A stretch of DNA of 64,000 nt from an uncultured Acidobacteriota bacterium (lineage in GTDB: Bacteria > Acidobacteriota > Blastocatellia > RBC074), in contig CAWCKY010000007.1 in assembly GCA_963796275.1 (NCBI GenBank), forward strand, positions 832,001 through 896,000. The letters are read 5' to 3'. Positions within the stretch are counted from its first letter, which is position 1, and each line of letters begins with the position of its first letter. This document shows, one piece after another, positions 10,456 through 21,676 of this stretch. The notes beneath the pieces were generated by a model. The model was given only the letters and a program-made list of their open reading frames with translations, was not told the origin of the DNA and did no database searches. A program made the translations under genes and the position numbers.

Positions 10456-13400
10456 GTGATGAATCCTCTTTCCTGCAAACAAATCGATCAAGTGGGGTGG
10501 CATATGTGTAGGATACTGCTTTCGCGGAAGCCATTGCGGCTAGTTTTTCTCGTTGTAAGCGCTTTGATAATTTCACCGTGGTGGACAGGGGCGGCACTGG
10601 CCCAGCGTACGACGGCATCGGTTGCCGGTGCAGTGACCGACGAATCCGGGGCGATTGTGCCCGGTGCGGAGGTGGTAGCCCGCAATCTGGCAACAGCGAT
10701 GGAACGATCGGTAACATCGAATGATCACGGTTATTACGTGCTCACCGCATTACCCGCGGGGCGGTATTCTCTGACAGTGAGAAAGACAGGATTCCAAAGC
10801 CAGATACTTCCAGATATCCTTCTGGAAGTCGATCAGAATGCAACGGTAAATCTCTCGCTGAAGATTGGCTCGATCAATGATACAGTCAATGTGTCGGCTG
10901 AGGCGGTTGCGATCGATACGCGCTCCGCCACCCTGAATACTGTAATTAACCAGAAACAGATCGCAGAGCTGCCGCTGAACGGCCGAAATATACTCCAGTT
11001 AATGCAATTGACCCCCGGCACGCTGCCCGGCGGAGGCACATTCAGCCAGGCCGCCACGCGTCCCGAATCGCAGCAGGTCTCTGCCAGCGGTGGTCGCGGC
11101 AACTCTACTACTTTCGTGCTGGACGGCGGGCTCCATGAAGACCCGTATACCGAAGTCGCCAATGTCACGCCCAACCCCGATGCAATTCGCGAATTCAGCT
11201 TTCAAACTAATAACTATTCGGCCAAGTTTGCAGGCCGCGGCGGCGGCGTTGTGAATATGGTGACGAAATCCGGCACCAATGGTTTCCACGGCGCGGCGTT
11301 CGAATACGTTCGCAACTCGGCTCTAAACGCGCGCAACTTCTTCGCCGCCACGGATGATGGCCTGAAGCGTAATCAGTATGGACTGGCCGTTGGCGGTCCC
11401 GTGATCAAGAATCGAACCTTTTTCTTTTTTTCATGGCAGGGAACTCAACTACGTCAGCAGTCGCCTACGACGACGGCAGTCGTCCCAACGGCGGAGCAGC
11501 GTCGAGGAAACTTCGCCAGTCTGCTCCCCGATACGCAATTGGTGGACCCGATCACAAAAGTACCAATTTCTGGGAATATGATCCCGTTTGCCGATTTGGA
11601 CCCTGTGGCGCAGAAAATACTTGAGACCATTCCTTTGCCCAACTCCGCGGACGGGCTGCTCTATTATGTGGTAGCCTCCAAGCAGACGGATAATCAGTTT
11701 CTTGGCCGCATCGACCATCAGTTCTCATCGAAACACCAACTGTCCGGCCGTTACTTCTTCGATAAGCTGGATAATCCTGCGCTGATCGATCCGCAGAACC
11801 GCCTCACCGCTATCCCCGACAGAATTTGGAAAAGTCAGAGCGTCAACCTGACGGATACTTATACTTTCAGCTCGACCCTGCTGATGAATACCACGCTTAG
11901 TTACAATCGAACATTCAATATCCAGTACGGCCCGGATTTCCCGGGCAATCGGGATGTGGGGATCAACCTGCCGATAATGTCCAAAGGCGACACGCTTCGT
12001 TTTTCAATCGGCAGCTATTTCGGCAGCGGCTACAATGCCCTATATCGCGTCGGCCGCAATCAATATAATCTGCAGAACACGTGGACCTGGATACACGGGC
12101 GTCACGAGTTCGCCTTCGGCTTCGATGCGGTTCGAGAGCAGAGCATTCTGGATCAGGATTTTCAGTCTGACGGTCAGTTCAACTTTGCCGGGCTATTCTC
12201 CGGTAATAATCTGGCCGATTTCATATACGGATACCCGAGCGGCTTCAACCAGATTTCACCGCTCTACAATAACCTCCTGCGCAACCTGTATGGCGCCTTT
12301 GTGGAAGACAAGTTGAAGCTCAACCGACGGTTGACGCTCAATCTTGGGTTACGCTGGAACCCATTTGTGCCGTTCACGGATGTTCCTGCGCACCAGATAT
12401 CTGTGTTCAATCAGGATGCCTATCTGGCCGGCCAACGTTCACAGCGGTTTCCCAACTTGCCGCCTGGGGTGTTTGTCGGAGGGGATCCTGGTGTGCCTGA
12501 ATCCGGCGTGCCAGCTAGATACCATATCTTCGATCCGCGCATCGGTTTTGCTTTGGACGTGTTTGGGAATGGGAAGACGAGCATTCGTGCAGGTTACGGG
12601 CGTTTTCACGATCAGATGGTAGGGCTGAGCTATAATCGCCAGGTCACATCGCCCCCGAATTCGGTCCGTGTAGACGTGGTGCCGAAGATGCCTAAGAGTT
12701 TTGCCAATCCCTACGATGGCGTGGTGAATCCGTTTCCCGTCTCGCGTCCGATCTCTGCAAACCAGGTTTTTCCCAATCAGTTTCTGCTCGTGGGCTACGA
12801 TCCCGATTTTTCCTATCCGAGCATTCATCAATGGAACCTGACTTTAGAGCAGAGCTTGCCGGCAAATTTTGTCGCCCGCATCACCTATCAAGGGGCGGCT
12901 GGCCGGAATCTTTTTCACGCCGCAGAGTACAATGCGGCAGTTTATGAACCGGGAGCCACGGTGGCCAATACCAATACACGGCGCCCCAGAAAAGAGTTCA
13001 CTCAACTCACGTTTGCCGGCACGTACGGCATCTCGAACTACAACGCGCTCGTGACGAGTCTCGAGAAACGGCTCTCCTCCGGCCTAACCTTGTTGACCGG
13101 GTTTACCTGGCAGAAGAGTTTGGATCTGGCCTCAAGTACCGCCTTCGAGGGAAATCTGGGCGCTCCATATGGCAACTCTCAACGTGATTATGCGGTCTCC
13201 GACTACAACCGGAAGTTCCGATTCACCGGATCATTCAACTATCAATTGCCCGGTTTCGAAAGGTTTGGCGGTGCGCGTTATTTGATAGGCGGCTGGCAGA
13301 TCAACGGAATACTCGCATTGCAGAGCGGAGCCCCGCTCAACATCGGCGCCGGAGCTGACAATTCCCGCAGCGGGATCGGAGCCGACCGTGTCGATATCAT

Positions 13401-13752
13401 CGGCGATCCCAGTCTGTCGGTTGATCGAACGCGCGGGGAAAAGATTCAGCAGTGGTTCAATAAAGCGGCGTTCAAGAGCAATGAGCTCGGCACATTTGGC
13501 ACGCTAGGGCGGAATGTCTTGAGAGGTCCCGGTTACGCAAACCTCGATCTCTCGTTATTCAAGAGTTTTCCGATGCCCTATTCGGAAAGCCACAAAATCG
13601 AGTTGCGCGCCGAGTGCTTCAACTCTCTCAATCGCGTAAACCTCGGGAATCCGAATACAAATTTCAATGCCACCCCCATCTTTAGCCGGATCACCAGCAC
13701 CGGCTCCAATGATCCGCGTATCCTGCAACTCGTGGTGCGCTACTCATTCTAA
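10456..13752 (+). CDS. TonB-dependent receptor, Oar-like, with carboxypeptidase-regulatory N-terminal domain
   Basis: [31 protein letters not shown]-terminal [12 protein letters not shown]. True start probably slightly downstream (e.g. 10504). Confidence 0.92.
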   Translation: MMNPLSCKQIDQVGWHMCRILLSRKPLRLVFLVVSALIISPWWTGAALAQRTTASVAGAVTDESGAIVPGAEVVARNLATAMERSVTSNDHGYYVLTALPAGRYSLTVRKTGFQSQILPDILLEVDQNATVNLSLKIGSINDTVNVSAEAVAIDTRSATLNTVINQKQIAELPLNGRNILQLMQLTPGTLPGGGTFSQAATRPESQQVSASGGRGNSTTFVLDGGLHEDPYTEVANVTPNPDAIREFSFQTNNYSAKFAGRGGGVVNMVTKSGTNGFHGAAFEYVRNSALNARNFFAATDDGLKRNQYGLAVGGPVIKNRTFFFFSWQGTQLRQQSPTTTAVVPTAEQRRGNFASLLPDTQLVDPITKVPISGNMIPFADLDPVAQKILETIPLPNSADGLLYYVVASKQTDNQFLGRIDHQFSSKHQLSGRYFFDKLDNPALIDPQNRLTAIPDRIWKSQSVNLTDTYTFSSTLLMNTTLSYNRTFNIQYGPDFPGNRDVGINLPIMSKGDTLRFSIGSYFGSGYNALYRVGRNQYNLQNTWTWIHGRHEFAFGFDAVREQSILDQDFQSDGQFNFAGLFSGNNLADFIYGYPSGFNQISPLYNNLLRNLYGAFVEDKLKLNRRLTLNLGLRWNPFVPFTDVPAHQISVFNQDAYLAGQRSQRFPNLPPGVFVGGDPGVPESGVPARYHIFDPRIGFALDVFGNGKTSIRAGYGRFHDQMVGLSYNRQVTSPPNSVRVDVVPKMPKSFANPYDGVVNPFPVSRPISANQVFPNQFLLVGYDPDFSYPSIHQWNLTLEQSLPANFVARITYQGAAGRNLFHAAEYNAAVYEPGATVANTNTRRPRKEFTQLTFAGTYGISNYNALVTSLEKRLSSGLTLLTGFTWQKSLDLASSTAFEGNLGAPYGNSQRDYAVSDYNRKFRFTGSFNYQLPGFERFGGARYLIGGWQINGILALQSGAPLNIGAGADNSRSGIGADRVDIIGDPSLSVDRTRGEKIQQWFNKAAFKSNELGTFGTLGRNVLRGPGYANLDLSLFKSFPMPYSESHKIELRAECFNSLNRVNLGNPNTNFNATPIFSRITSTGSNDPRILQLVVRYSF

Positions 13753-13765
13753 CCGTAATTAACGC

Positions 13766-15655
13766 ATGCGATATATATTGCTACTTTCCATCTGTTTGTT
13801 CGCCCTGACAGGGCAGACGAACAGGCAACAGGTCGCTGATCCGCTCGAGCCCGCACTGATAACTCCAGATGTCGCGGAGTATCAGCTGCTTCAGTATCTC
13901 GATCGTAAGGCACCCGCTCTGGATCGGGTGCAAAACCTCGCCAAGTTTGGTGAGGAGTCGAAAAAGATGCGGCGCCGCGTGTTGAATGATGTGATTTTTT
14001 ACGGTTGGCCGCGGGAATGGGTGGATGCTCCCTTGGTCGCCGAGAACCTTGGCACAATTCCTTCCGGACCAGGTTATCGCATCCACAAGATACGCTATGA
14101 GATTTTGCCGGGTTTTCAAGCCGCCGCCATTCTGTATGAACCGGAGAATCTGACGGGAAAGGTTCCGGCGATTCTGAATTTGAACGGTCATGTGGGACCA
14201 CCCGGCAAGGCTATCGAGTATAAGCAGAAGCAGTGCATCAATCTCGCACGACACGGCATCATCTCTCTGAATTTGGAGTGGTTCGCGTACGGTGAGCTGA
14301 GCCACGCCGAGAACGGCCACTGGTTTGGCGGACATCTCGATCTGGTCGGGGCAAATGCGGCCGGGCTGTTCTATCTCGCCATGCGTAAAGGGCTGGATTT
14401 TCTCGAACAGCATCCCCATGCGGATCGAACGCGTCTGGGTGTAACGGGACTATCGGGCGGGGGCTGGCAGACCATTATTCTCAGCGCGCTTGATGAACGA
14501 GTCGCGGTATCCGTTCCCGTGGCCGGCTATTCCGCACTGCGATCGAGACTCGAGCGCGGCGGCGACGTCGGGGATATCGAGCAGAACGCGACGGATTTGT
14601 TGGTTGGACAGGATTATTCACACCTGACCGCGCTCCGTGCTCCGCGACCAACCTTGCTCATCTACAATGTTGAAGATGATTGCTGCTTCCGGGCCCCGCT
14701 CGTGAAACCCTGGATATTCGATGCCATCAGGCCATTCTTCGCACTGTACGGAAAGGCCGGCAATTTGGGATGGCATGAGAACCTTGACCCCGCCACGCAC
14801 AACTATCACCTCGATAATCGTCTGCAATCCTATCGCTTTTTTTCAAAGCATTTCGGTGTGCCGGAAATCCAGAATGAATCCGGCGTGGCCGGAGAAGTAA
14901 AATCTCCGGCTGAGCTTACCGTTGGATTGTCTGATGGGAATCTGACGGTTCTCGGCGTCGCGCGAAAGCTGCTAGCGAAGAGACAACCGCGGCCCGGCGA
15001 TCGCCAACGCCTGGCGCAACTCGTTCGCTATCAGCCGGTGCAGGCGCGGCCGTGGCCCGTGAGCAACGGCAAGCATAAAGGACTTGAGACTTACTCCGCG
15101 CGTTTCGATTTTAACAACGGGTTGAGCGCAACCGCTGTTTTACTGAAGGCGATAAGCGCGGAGAATGTCAGGGAAGTCACGCTCTGCTTGAATGACAAGG
15201 GTAAAAAGGCTTCCGGAGAGCTCGTTTCGGAACGCGTCAATCGCGGCGAAGCCGTCATCGCGGCTGATCTGCTGTTCACCGGAGATTGCGTTCCGCGCCG
15301 CGGAACCACGGCATTCTCTCAGTTATTGGCGGCCACCGGCGACCGCTCGCTTGGCCTCGAGTCCGCGCAACTCATTGCGCTGGCTCGGTGGGCTCGCACG
15401 GATACCGGCGCTGCTTCAATACGGTTGGAGGCCACCGGGATTCGAAGTCAGGTAATCGCACTTGTGGCCGCTGCCCTGGAGCCGGGCCTATTTCGCGAAG
15501 TCGCAGTGCACGAAGGCCGTGATTCGCTTCGATATCTTCTGGATGGACCGGTTGAATATTACACTGCGCCCGACCTCTTCTGTCTCGGCTTGTTAAAAGA
15601 ATTCGATATAGAGGACCTCATACAACTCTCGGCACCGACTACGCTTCAGAGATAG
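13766..15655 (+). CDS. Exported alpha/beta-hydrolase (acetylxylan-esterase-like)
   Basis: Signal peptide; LNLNGH, nucleophile elbow TGLSGGG, APRPTL; 13 bp after the TBDR. Confidence 0.8.
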   Translation: MRYILLLSICLFALTGQTNRQQVADPLEPALITPDVAEYQLLQYLDRKAPALDRVQNLAKFGEESKKMRRRVLNDVIFYGWPREWVDAPLVAENLGTIPSGPGYRIHKIRYEILPGFQAAAILYEPENLTGKVPAILNLNGHVGPPGKAIEYKQKQCINLARHGIISLNLEWFAYGELSHAENGHWFGGHLDLVGANAAGLFYLAMRKGLDFLEQHPHADRTRLGVTGLSGGGWQTIILSALDERVAVSVPVAGYSALRSRLERGGDVGDIEQNATDLLVGQDYSHLTALRAPRPTLLIYNVEDDCCFRAPLVKPWIFDAIRPFFALYGKAGNLGWHENLDPATHNYHLDNRLQSYRFFSKHFGVPEIQNESGVAGEVKSPAELTVGLSDGNLTVLGVARKLLAKRQPRPGDRQRLAQLVRYQPVQARPWPVSNGKHKGLETYSARFDFNNGLSATAVLLKAISAENVREVTLCLNDKGKKASGELVSERVNRGEAVIAADLLFTGDCVPRRGTTAFSQLLAATGDRSLGLESAQLIALARWARTDTGAASIRLEATGIRSQVIALVAAALEPGLFREVAVHEGRDSLRYLLDGPVEYYTAPDLFCLGLLKEFDIEDLIQLSAPTTLQR

Positions 15656-15725
15656 CGAAAATCCGCGAGAGCGGCTTTTACACTGAGGGGAGAGTTTGCT
15701 TACACAGGTGTTTAGGAATAAGGGT

Positions 15726-16451
15726 ATGTTGGATTTTTCAGCGAGTACTATTCGTGCGAATGATCGTGGATACATTGCTTACCATGCTCCACGTTATGCC
15801 TTCCTCCTCCAACTCCTGGCGGGATACGGCGTGACGGCCAGCTCAAAAGTTCTAGATATAGGACCATCGCAGCTGACCGCCTTAATACATGAATACTTCG
15901 GAACCGCAGTGGATACGCTCGGTCTGGATCCTTATCGGGTAGCAGCTGGAGCAACGCATTTCGATTTTGATCTCAATCTCACCCAGGACGAGGCTCATTG
16001 GAGAGTGGACCTTCCCACGTATGAGGTCGTAGTGATGGCGGAAGTTCTCGAGCATCTGCACACTGCTCCCCAGTTGGTCTTGGCCTTCGTCAAAACTTTA
16101 CTGGCCGAGAATGGTCTATTGATACTGCAAACTCCGAATGCGGCATCGTTTCAGAAACGAGTGAAATTGCTTATGGGACGTAATCCGTATGAGATGATTC
16201 GGGTAGATGCTTCCAACCCGGGCCATTTCCGTGAGTATACTATCTCTGAACTGGCCAGCATGGCTGAGCCGCTGGGATTTAATATTGAGAGATGTATGAC
16301 CGCATTTTACTTCGACGCTCGTTTCGCACGCCACACAGCCGGGCGCGTTGAGCCTCAGCAGATTCTCGGTTTTGTCAAAAACTCGTTTTATAGGATGCTT
16401 CCCACCAGACTGAGGGAAGGTGTAACTATGGTTTGGCGAAAAAACGCATAA
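15726..16451 (+). CDS. Class I SAM-dependent methyltransferase
   Basis: KVLDIGP, EVLEHL, LILQTPN, HFREYT motifs. Confidence 0.85.
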   Translation: MLDFSASTIRANDRGYIAYHAPRYAFLLQLLAGYGVTASSKVLDIGPSQLTALIHEYFGTAVDTLGLDPYRVAAGATHFDFDLNLTQDEAHWRVDLPTYEVVVMAEVLEHLHTAPQLVLAFVKTLLAENGLLILQTPNAASFQKRVKLLMGRNPYEMIRVDASNPGHFREYTISELASMAEPLGFNIERCMTAFYFDARFARHTAGRVEPQQILGFVKNSFYRMLPTRLREGVTMVWRKNA

Positions 16452-16687
16452 GAAGATAAGCGTAAAATGCAGGCTTCAGAACGAAAATCTCATCCCACTC
16501 ACTTCTTAATGGCCTTGATAAAACTGTTGATTTCCTCAATGAGTTTGCGAACGACTGGAAGCGATGGATCTGTGTAAGACTTGATTTGCTTTTCTTGCTT
16601 GGCGGGAACCTCTTTGAGCACGTGATTCATCCATTATTACGCGTCTTCCACGCCGCAGGCGAAACAGTGCATAGTGGCCTGTTGCTC

Positions 16688-18550
16688 TTAGTCCTTTTTC
16701 GCGCCAGCTTCAATGAGGATGTTGATGATGGCGGCATTTTTCTTCTTTTCAGCCCGCTGCAACGGAGTGATACCATTTGTTGTACGTTCCTCAATATCGG
16801 CACCAGCATTAACCAACAGCTTGACGATCTCCATATCTTCGTATTCTATAGCCTGGTGCAATAATGAATAGTGGATGCGGTCGATACGCGCGTTTGGATT
16901 AACGCCTGATGCAATCAGGAGCCTCACGTTCTCAATTCGACTTTTTAATACAGCTACCCAAAGGAGTTTTTCCAGGTCGGCAACTTTTACTCCATTGAAA
17001 TTACCACCGTTAGCGATGAGGAACTCCTCGACAGCCCACTGTTTATTCCTGATTGCCTCGAATAACGGCGTGCTTGGCTCGAATAACGGCGACCCGTCAG
17101 CAAAGCATGGAGAGTTGATGTCGGCGCCAGCCTTTAAGAGAAGCTTGACGATTTCTAGATGTCCTCTACCTGCAGCCTCACACAGCACCGTCTTAGGTAT
17201 TAAAAAGTCAGGTACGGCGTTGATGTTGACTATATTTTTTAGCAGGATTTTCACACTCTCCTGATCCGCGTTTATAACTGGAGAGACCAGCATTCTGGCA
17301 TCTACCTTGGCGCCGGCATCAACCAAGAATCTAATAATCTCCAAGCGTCTACACCTCTCTTTAATACGAGGATAATTACACACTATGTCCAAAGGGCTGA
17401 GATTGCCCGCGTACGAGCCCTTGGCGTTAATGTCGGCACCGGACGCTACTAATATCTTTACAATTTCGAGATACCCTTTTGCCGCTGCCACATGTAGAGG
17501 TGTGTACCCGAACTGGCTCCTGTAGTTGTTCTTGGCGTTGACCTTAGCACCGGTCTTGATCAGGAATTTTACACCTTCTGTTTGTCCTTCTTTCACCGCC
17601 CACGTAAACGGCCGCTCCGAGTTCTTGTCCTGAGCGTCAAGTGTTGCTCCAGCCTTCAAAAGAGTAGACATGGCGTCCAGGTGTCCGCCGGATGCCGCGA
17701 AGTGAAGCGGGGTCGCTTTGTTATCGTCCTTTGCATTTGGATTGCCACAGTCTGCGAGTAGACTCTTGATAGCAACCACATCTCCGCTTTCCGCAGCCAC
17801 GTGCAACGGTGTCTTTCCCTCCGCGGGAGCAACGCGAAGTTGCACCGGGTAGCCCAACTGCTTCATCAGCTGTAGGATGACATCCATTTTGATCGCTCGC
17901 CCGAAGGGCGATTGATCCGCAATAATCATTCCGAGAAGGTTCGCGTTCTCATCAAGCACCCCCCCGCCTGAATGGCCCTTACTTATGAAAGACGACTGGA
18001 ACATAATCTCTTTTCCAATGATTTGGGCGACCTTGTCCGGCACAACTGGCATCGCCCATGACACTCCGTTCGGATTGCCCACCGGAGAGACTGCATCCCC
18101 GCGTTTTCTCGCGGATGCTTTTCCCAATCGAGCGAAGGGTAACGCACAGACATCTACGCCTTGCTCTGATAGACCTGTAAGGCTTAACACAGCCAGGTCA
18201 AGTTTCGATTGAGCCCCATCTTTCAAGAGAGCCGCTTTCAGTGGCTTATCCGGCAGAGCCCTCAGTTTGATCCAAATATTCTTGGGCGGTCCCGCGCCTC
18301 TGCGGAACAGGTGGTCGGCTGTCATTATCAAGAGACGGTTCTTCTCGCGGCCAAAGATAATTCCTGCCCCGAATCCCTCTTCTCCTTCGAATTCAACGTT
18401 CACCATCACGATCAATTGGGAGGTCAGTTCGAATCCCTGGTCAAAGTTCTGGGCGCATACCGGCGGCCGTGGACTGATGCTCAACAGCAGCATTCCACAT
18501 ACCAGCAGGGGCAATAACCTATGGCCAACAACACGATTGGTTGATTTCAT
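16688..18550 (-). CDS. Exported trypsin-like serine peptidase fused to ankyrin repeats
   Basis: Signal peptide; triad motifs TADH, DLAVL, GHSGG; about 9 ankyrin repeats (TPLHVAA, TPLHFAA, TVLCEAA...). Confidence 0.9.
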   Translation of the reverse strand: MKSTNRVVGHRLLPLLVCGMLLLSISPRPPVCAQNFDQGFELTSQLIVMVNVEFEGEEGFGAGIIFGREKNRLLIMTADHLFRRGAGPPKNIWIKLRALPDKPLKAALLKDGAQSKLDLAVLSLTGLSEQGVDVCALPFARLGKASARKRGDAVSPVGNPNGVSWAMPVVPDKVAQIIGKEIMFQSSFISKGHSGGGVLDENANLLGMIIADQSPFGRAIKMDVILQLMKQLGYPVQLRVAPAEGKTPLHVAAESGDVVAIKSLLADCGNPNAKDDNKATPLHFAASGGHLDAMSTLLKAGATLDAQDKNSERPFTWAVKEGQTEGVKFLIKTGAKVNAKNNYRSQFGYTPLHVAAAKGYLEIVKILVASGADINAKGSYAGNLSPLDIVCNYPRIKERCRRLEIIRFLVDAGAKVDARMLVSPVINADQESVKILLKNIVNINAVPDFLIPKTVLCEAAGRGHLEIVKLLLKAGADINSPCFADGSPLFEPSTPLFEAIRNKQWAVEEFLIANGGNFNGVKVADLEKLLWVAVLKSRIENVRLLIASGVNPNARIDRIHYSLLHQAIEYEDMEIVKLLVNAGADIEERTTNGITPLQRAEKKKNAAIINILIEAGAKKD

Positions 18551-19701
18551 TTTTGGTTACTCCACCAGCGCATTACGCCGAAGATCAGGCCGAAGACGTA
18601 TAGTGTCGTAGCCCACAGCAAAGAAAGGCTGTGGCGTGCTCGTACCCACTCCAGGTAGGTGGGCATCAGGCTACTGCGACTCGTGCCGGTGCCAGTCGTC
18701 ATGCCGCTGACTTGACCGTGAAATGCAATAGTTATGTGATCGTCGTGCAATTGCAGCGTTCTGATCTCGCCTTCTGACGATTCAAATTGAATTGCTTCTC
18801 CTGAGCGAATGCGGCGCTCCTTGCCACTCAGCTCTTCGAAATAGAGCGATCCAGATAGGATCGTTGAAACACGGCGCACGCTGGTATGCTTCGGGTCCAT
18901 TAGTTGATCGACACGGAAAAAAGAGAGATCGGTCGCAGAAAGTTGAGGAGAGAAAATATTCTTGGATGCTGCAGAAGGTTTAATATCCATATCGACTTCG
19001 TTCGAACCGGATCGCATCAGCATCGATCTAGGGCTCGAAAAGTTAAGTTGCTGTAGGGGAGCATCTTGCAGCCCGATTCTAATTGGCCCATCGACATCTG
19101 CGCGTAAAATAAGCTCGGCCCCTTTGATGGAAAGGCGGTATTGTTGCGGGATATCGGTTGGACGCACCCATACGTGGGCGCCAGCGGGCAGCGGTAGCGC
19201 TGCCAGAGTCACCGTTCCCTTTTGCTGGCTTTCAGAGCCGGTCGATAATCGGATGGCGAATCCCGGGCCGTCGGACGCACGGAGCGTGCGGGCATCCTGG
19301 GTTTCGGAACGCGGTATTTCGATCTCCTGCAAACCAGACACTCCCAGGGCCGAGAGCTTCATAAAATCGGCAAGTACTTGCCGCTCGGGCAATCCAAAAC
19401 TTATCTCAGAAAGCGAAATATCTAGCTCGATCTCCGTTTTCGAAACGCGGGCAAAAAGCAGAATGCTTACGATAACTAACGTGACACCCAATAGAGCAGC
19501 GACCTGCCACCGCACTCTAGGAGGTGGCGGCGTTGCCACGGCGCTGATTTCAACTAACCGCGCGAGCCGCTCCAGTCGTTCAAGTTGTTCCTCTGAAATC
19601 TCACCCTTAGCCTGGACCGCATCGTCGCACAACGCCTTTGTGCGTTGGCTAAGCATACCTCGTATTTGATCTCGCTCGATGCGAGGTTCCCCGTTCTTCA
19701 T
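18547..19701 (-). CDS. Hypothetical membrane protein (two TM helices flanking a large beta-rich domain)
   Basis: TM1 VAALLGVTLVIVSILLFA, TM2 LLWATTLYVFGLIFGVM; ATGA overlap with the peptidase gene. Confidence 0.75.
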   Translation of the reverse strand: MKNGEPRIERDQIRGMLSQRTKALCDDAVQAKGEISEEQLERLERLARLVEISAVATPPPPRVRWQVAALLGVTLVIVSILLFARVSKTEIELDISLSEISFGLPERQVLADFMKLSALGVSGLQEIEIPRSETQDARTLRASDGPGFAIRLSTGSESQQKGTVTLAALPLPAGAHVWVRPTDIPQQYRLSIKGAELILRADVDGPIRIGLQDAPLQQLNFSSPRSMLMRSGSNEVDMDIKPSAASKNIFSPQLSATDLSFFRVDQLMDPKHTSVRRVSTILSGSLYFEELSGKERRIRSGEAIQFESSEGEIRTLQLHDDHITIAFHGQVSGMTTGTGTSRSSLMPTYLEWVRARHSLSLLWATTLYVFGLIFGVMRWWSNQK

Positions 19702-19723
19702 TTTGAAATTGGTTTAGGTGAAG

Positions 19724-20530
19724 TTATGCCTTCGGGTAGTACAACCAGAGCTCAATCGTAGACGCCCCCCCACTTCTTAACCTTGCCCCGATCTCCAGGT
19801 AATAAGTCCCAGTCTCCTTTAACCCGGTAATCGGGATTTCAATGCCGCGCTCGGCCGGGTAATAACCGTATCCCAGTTTTTCTCCATCCTTGAAGAACTT
19901 TTTTGGGCGGCCATCAGCCCCAATTGATGCCAGGCTAACGAAGACCTCCTCCAACTCTACACCAGGTAGCAGAATGAGCTTATAGCTTCCCGTCCGTGCA
20001 GCCTGGCCCACTTGCCCCGCTTGATGAATGCGAAGCGGTAAGTACACGTCCCGCTCCCTCTGGCCCACTGAATATCGAGTCAAGGCCACAACGCCAAGAT
20101 CGTTCTTTATGATATTCAAAGAAGCCAGAATGTCAGTTGGCCAATGATATGAAGCGCGCCCTGACGCCTGAGCGGTGTCCATGCGGTAGTATAAGTGCCG
20201 TTTAAGCGCCTGGGCCCGCACGCTGACATTGCCATTGCCAGGCGGCTTGTCCCACTCAATATCAAGAGCTTTGCCCGACCCTATTTTATATTCCTCAAAG
20301 TATTCGGTTAAAGATGCGACTAGGAGCGTCGTGCTGCCGACCTTTTCGATGTATATCCCTTCGCAACGGTCACCACGATCGCGGTAACCCAGCGGGTTAT
20401 TGGTAAGTTGAGTCAGCGATGCATCGCAATGGCTCTGACTACCAGCCGAAAGATTGGATGGACATCCGCCTCCTAGAAGAACCACAAGTGAAAAGACTAA
20501 GCCATATCGGAGTACGAGTTGATTCATCAT
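19724..20530 (-). CDS. Hypothetical exported protein
   Basis: Hydrophobic N-terminus ending GGGC; Cys pair in HCDASL...GYRDRGDRCEGIY; 22 bp upstream of the next gene. Confidence 0.75.
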   Translation of the reverse strand: MMNQLVLRYGLVFSLVVLLGGGCPSNLSAGSQSHCDASLTQLTNNPLGYRDRGDRCEGIYIEKVGSTTLLVASLTEYFEEYKIGSGKALDIEWDKPPGNGNVSVRAQALKRHLYYRMDTAQASGRASYHWPTDILASLNIIKNDLGVVALTRYSVGQRERDVYLPLRIHQAGQVGQAARTGSYKLILLPGVELEEVFVSLASIGADGRPKKFFKDGEKLGYGYYPAERGIEIPITGLKETGTYYLEIGARLRSGGASTIELWLYYPKA

Positions 20531-20997
20531 GACTAGGCGCGTGCGTTATGGCGTTTTAGTGCCGATCTCGAAATGCTCGGCTCTGGGCGTTCAATATTGC
20601 TTCGGGTGCACTTTGGCCGAATCGTTGCAATGGGTCTCGTTGGGGGACGGCCGGGGCTTTCACGCTGACGGTGCCGAACATAATTATGAAGGACGCGGCG
20701 CGGATTCGCCAACCGCGGGGTGACGATTACAAGGTGAGCTGAAAGAGATTGATCGACACCCTCTGAGTGAGTCCGGTTAGCGGTCGAGCCGCAGTCGCCT
20801 CAGGGCCATGGCGTAACACTTCTCAAAAATTCTCTCGGAACGCCGAGTAGTTCTCGGGTGCCATTCGTCACTGCCCGACAAGCGAGTGGGCAACCCGTCA
20901 ATCAAGAGAATCAGGAGGCGCAATGAAAGACTATCGTCTGTGTATCGGAATGCGTTTTGCGCATCAAAACAACCAATCAGCGATTGTTTTCGTGCGA

Positions 20998-21549
20998 TCA
21001 TGCCCGTTTGCGTTTCTGCTCCACATTATATTTTTTCCTGAGACCTCGCACCCACTTTTCTATATACGGCTGCAACGGTTTGAATATCCGGCCCCTCCAT
21101 CCACTCTGTTTCTCCCGCCAGGACTTGTGATATTGCTCCACGTAAGATCGGATGGCGTTCTCATATTGGTTCTTCTTTATTCCGTGCGACAGAGTCAGGA
21201 AGTAATGCTGGGCTTGAAGCGATAGCACAAGATACGCGAGGTTCGGCTTGAAATTTAGCCGCGCGGCAATGCGCTTGAAAATACCGTCCTTCGGTAAGAG
21301 CATCGCCAATGCAATTTCGGCCCATGGTTGCTGATTGCCCTGCCGCGGATGATAGAGCCCGGGTAACTCCGTGACATTTTGCGCCCCCATCCGGGGTATG
21401 CGGCTATCCGGCATAATCCGATCAGCCAGGACGATCCTGCTCAGACCGCGAATATGCTCTCTCGGTACGGTGTCCAGGACGCTCTGAATCGTCTCTTCCG
21501 TCTTTTTTGGTAACTTGATCGAAGCCTGATTCTCAATTTTGATCGACAT
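20998..21549 (-). CDS. Hypothetical basic protein
   Basis: 183 aa ORF with GAGGTG RBS, co-oriented behind lpxD. Confidence 0.7.
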   Translation of the reverse strand: MSIKIENQASIKLPKKTEETIQSVLDTVPREHIRGLSRIVLADRIMPDSRIPRMGAQNVTELPGLYHPRQGNQQPWAEIALAMLLPKDGIFKRIAARLNFKPNLAYLVLSLQAQHYFLTLSHGIKKNQYENAIRSYVEQYHKSWREKQSGWRGRIFKPLQPYIEKWVRGLRKKYNVEQKRKRA

Positions 21550-21676
21550 TCATTCACCTCAATTCAATCTCTGCTTCCATAGTAATAATGGAAGATGGAA
21601 ACAAACAGGGCGATCAAGGGCAAAAGAGGCGAAAAAAAATTTGCCTCTCTGGGATTTGTTTCCCTAACCACTTCAA

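Noticed and set aside
20540-20820. GTTRRRY / RYYYAAC-like words suggesting integron attC sites near the three-gene operon
   Set aside because: No paired L/R boxes or hairpin could be built, and the nearby recombinase is XerD-like without an IntI insertion.
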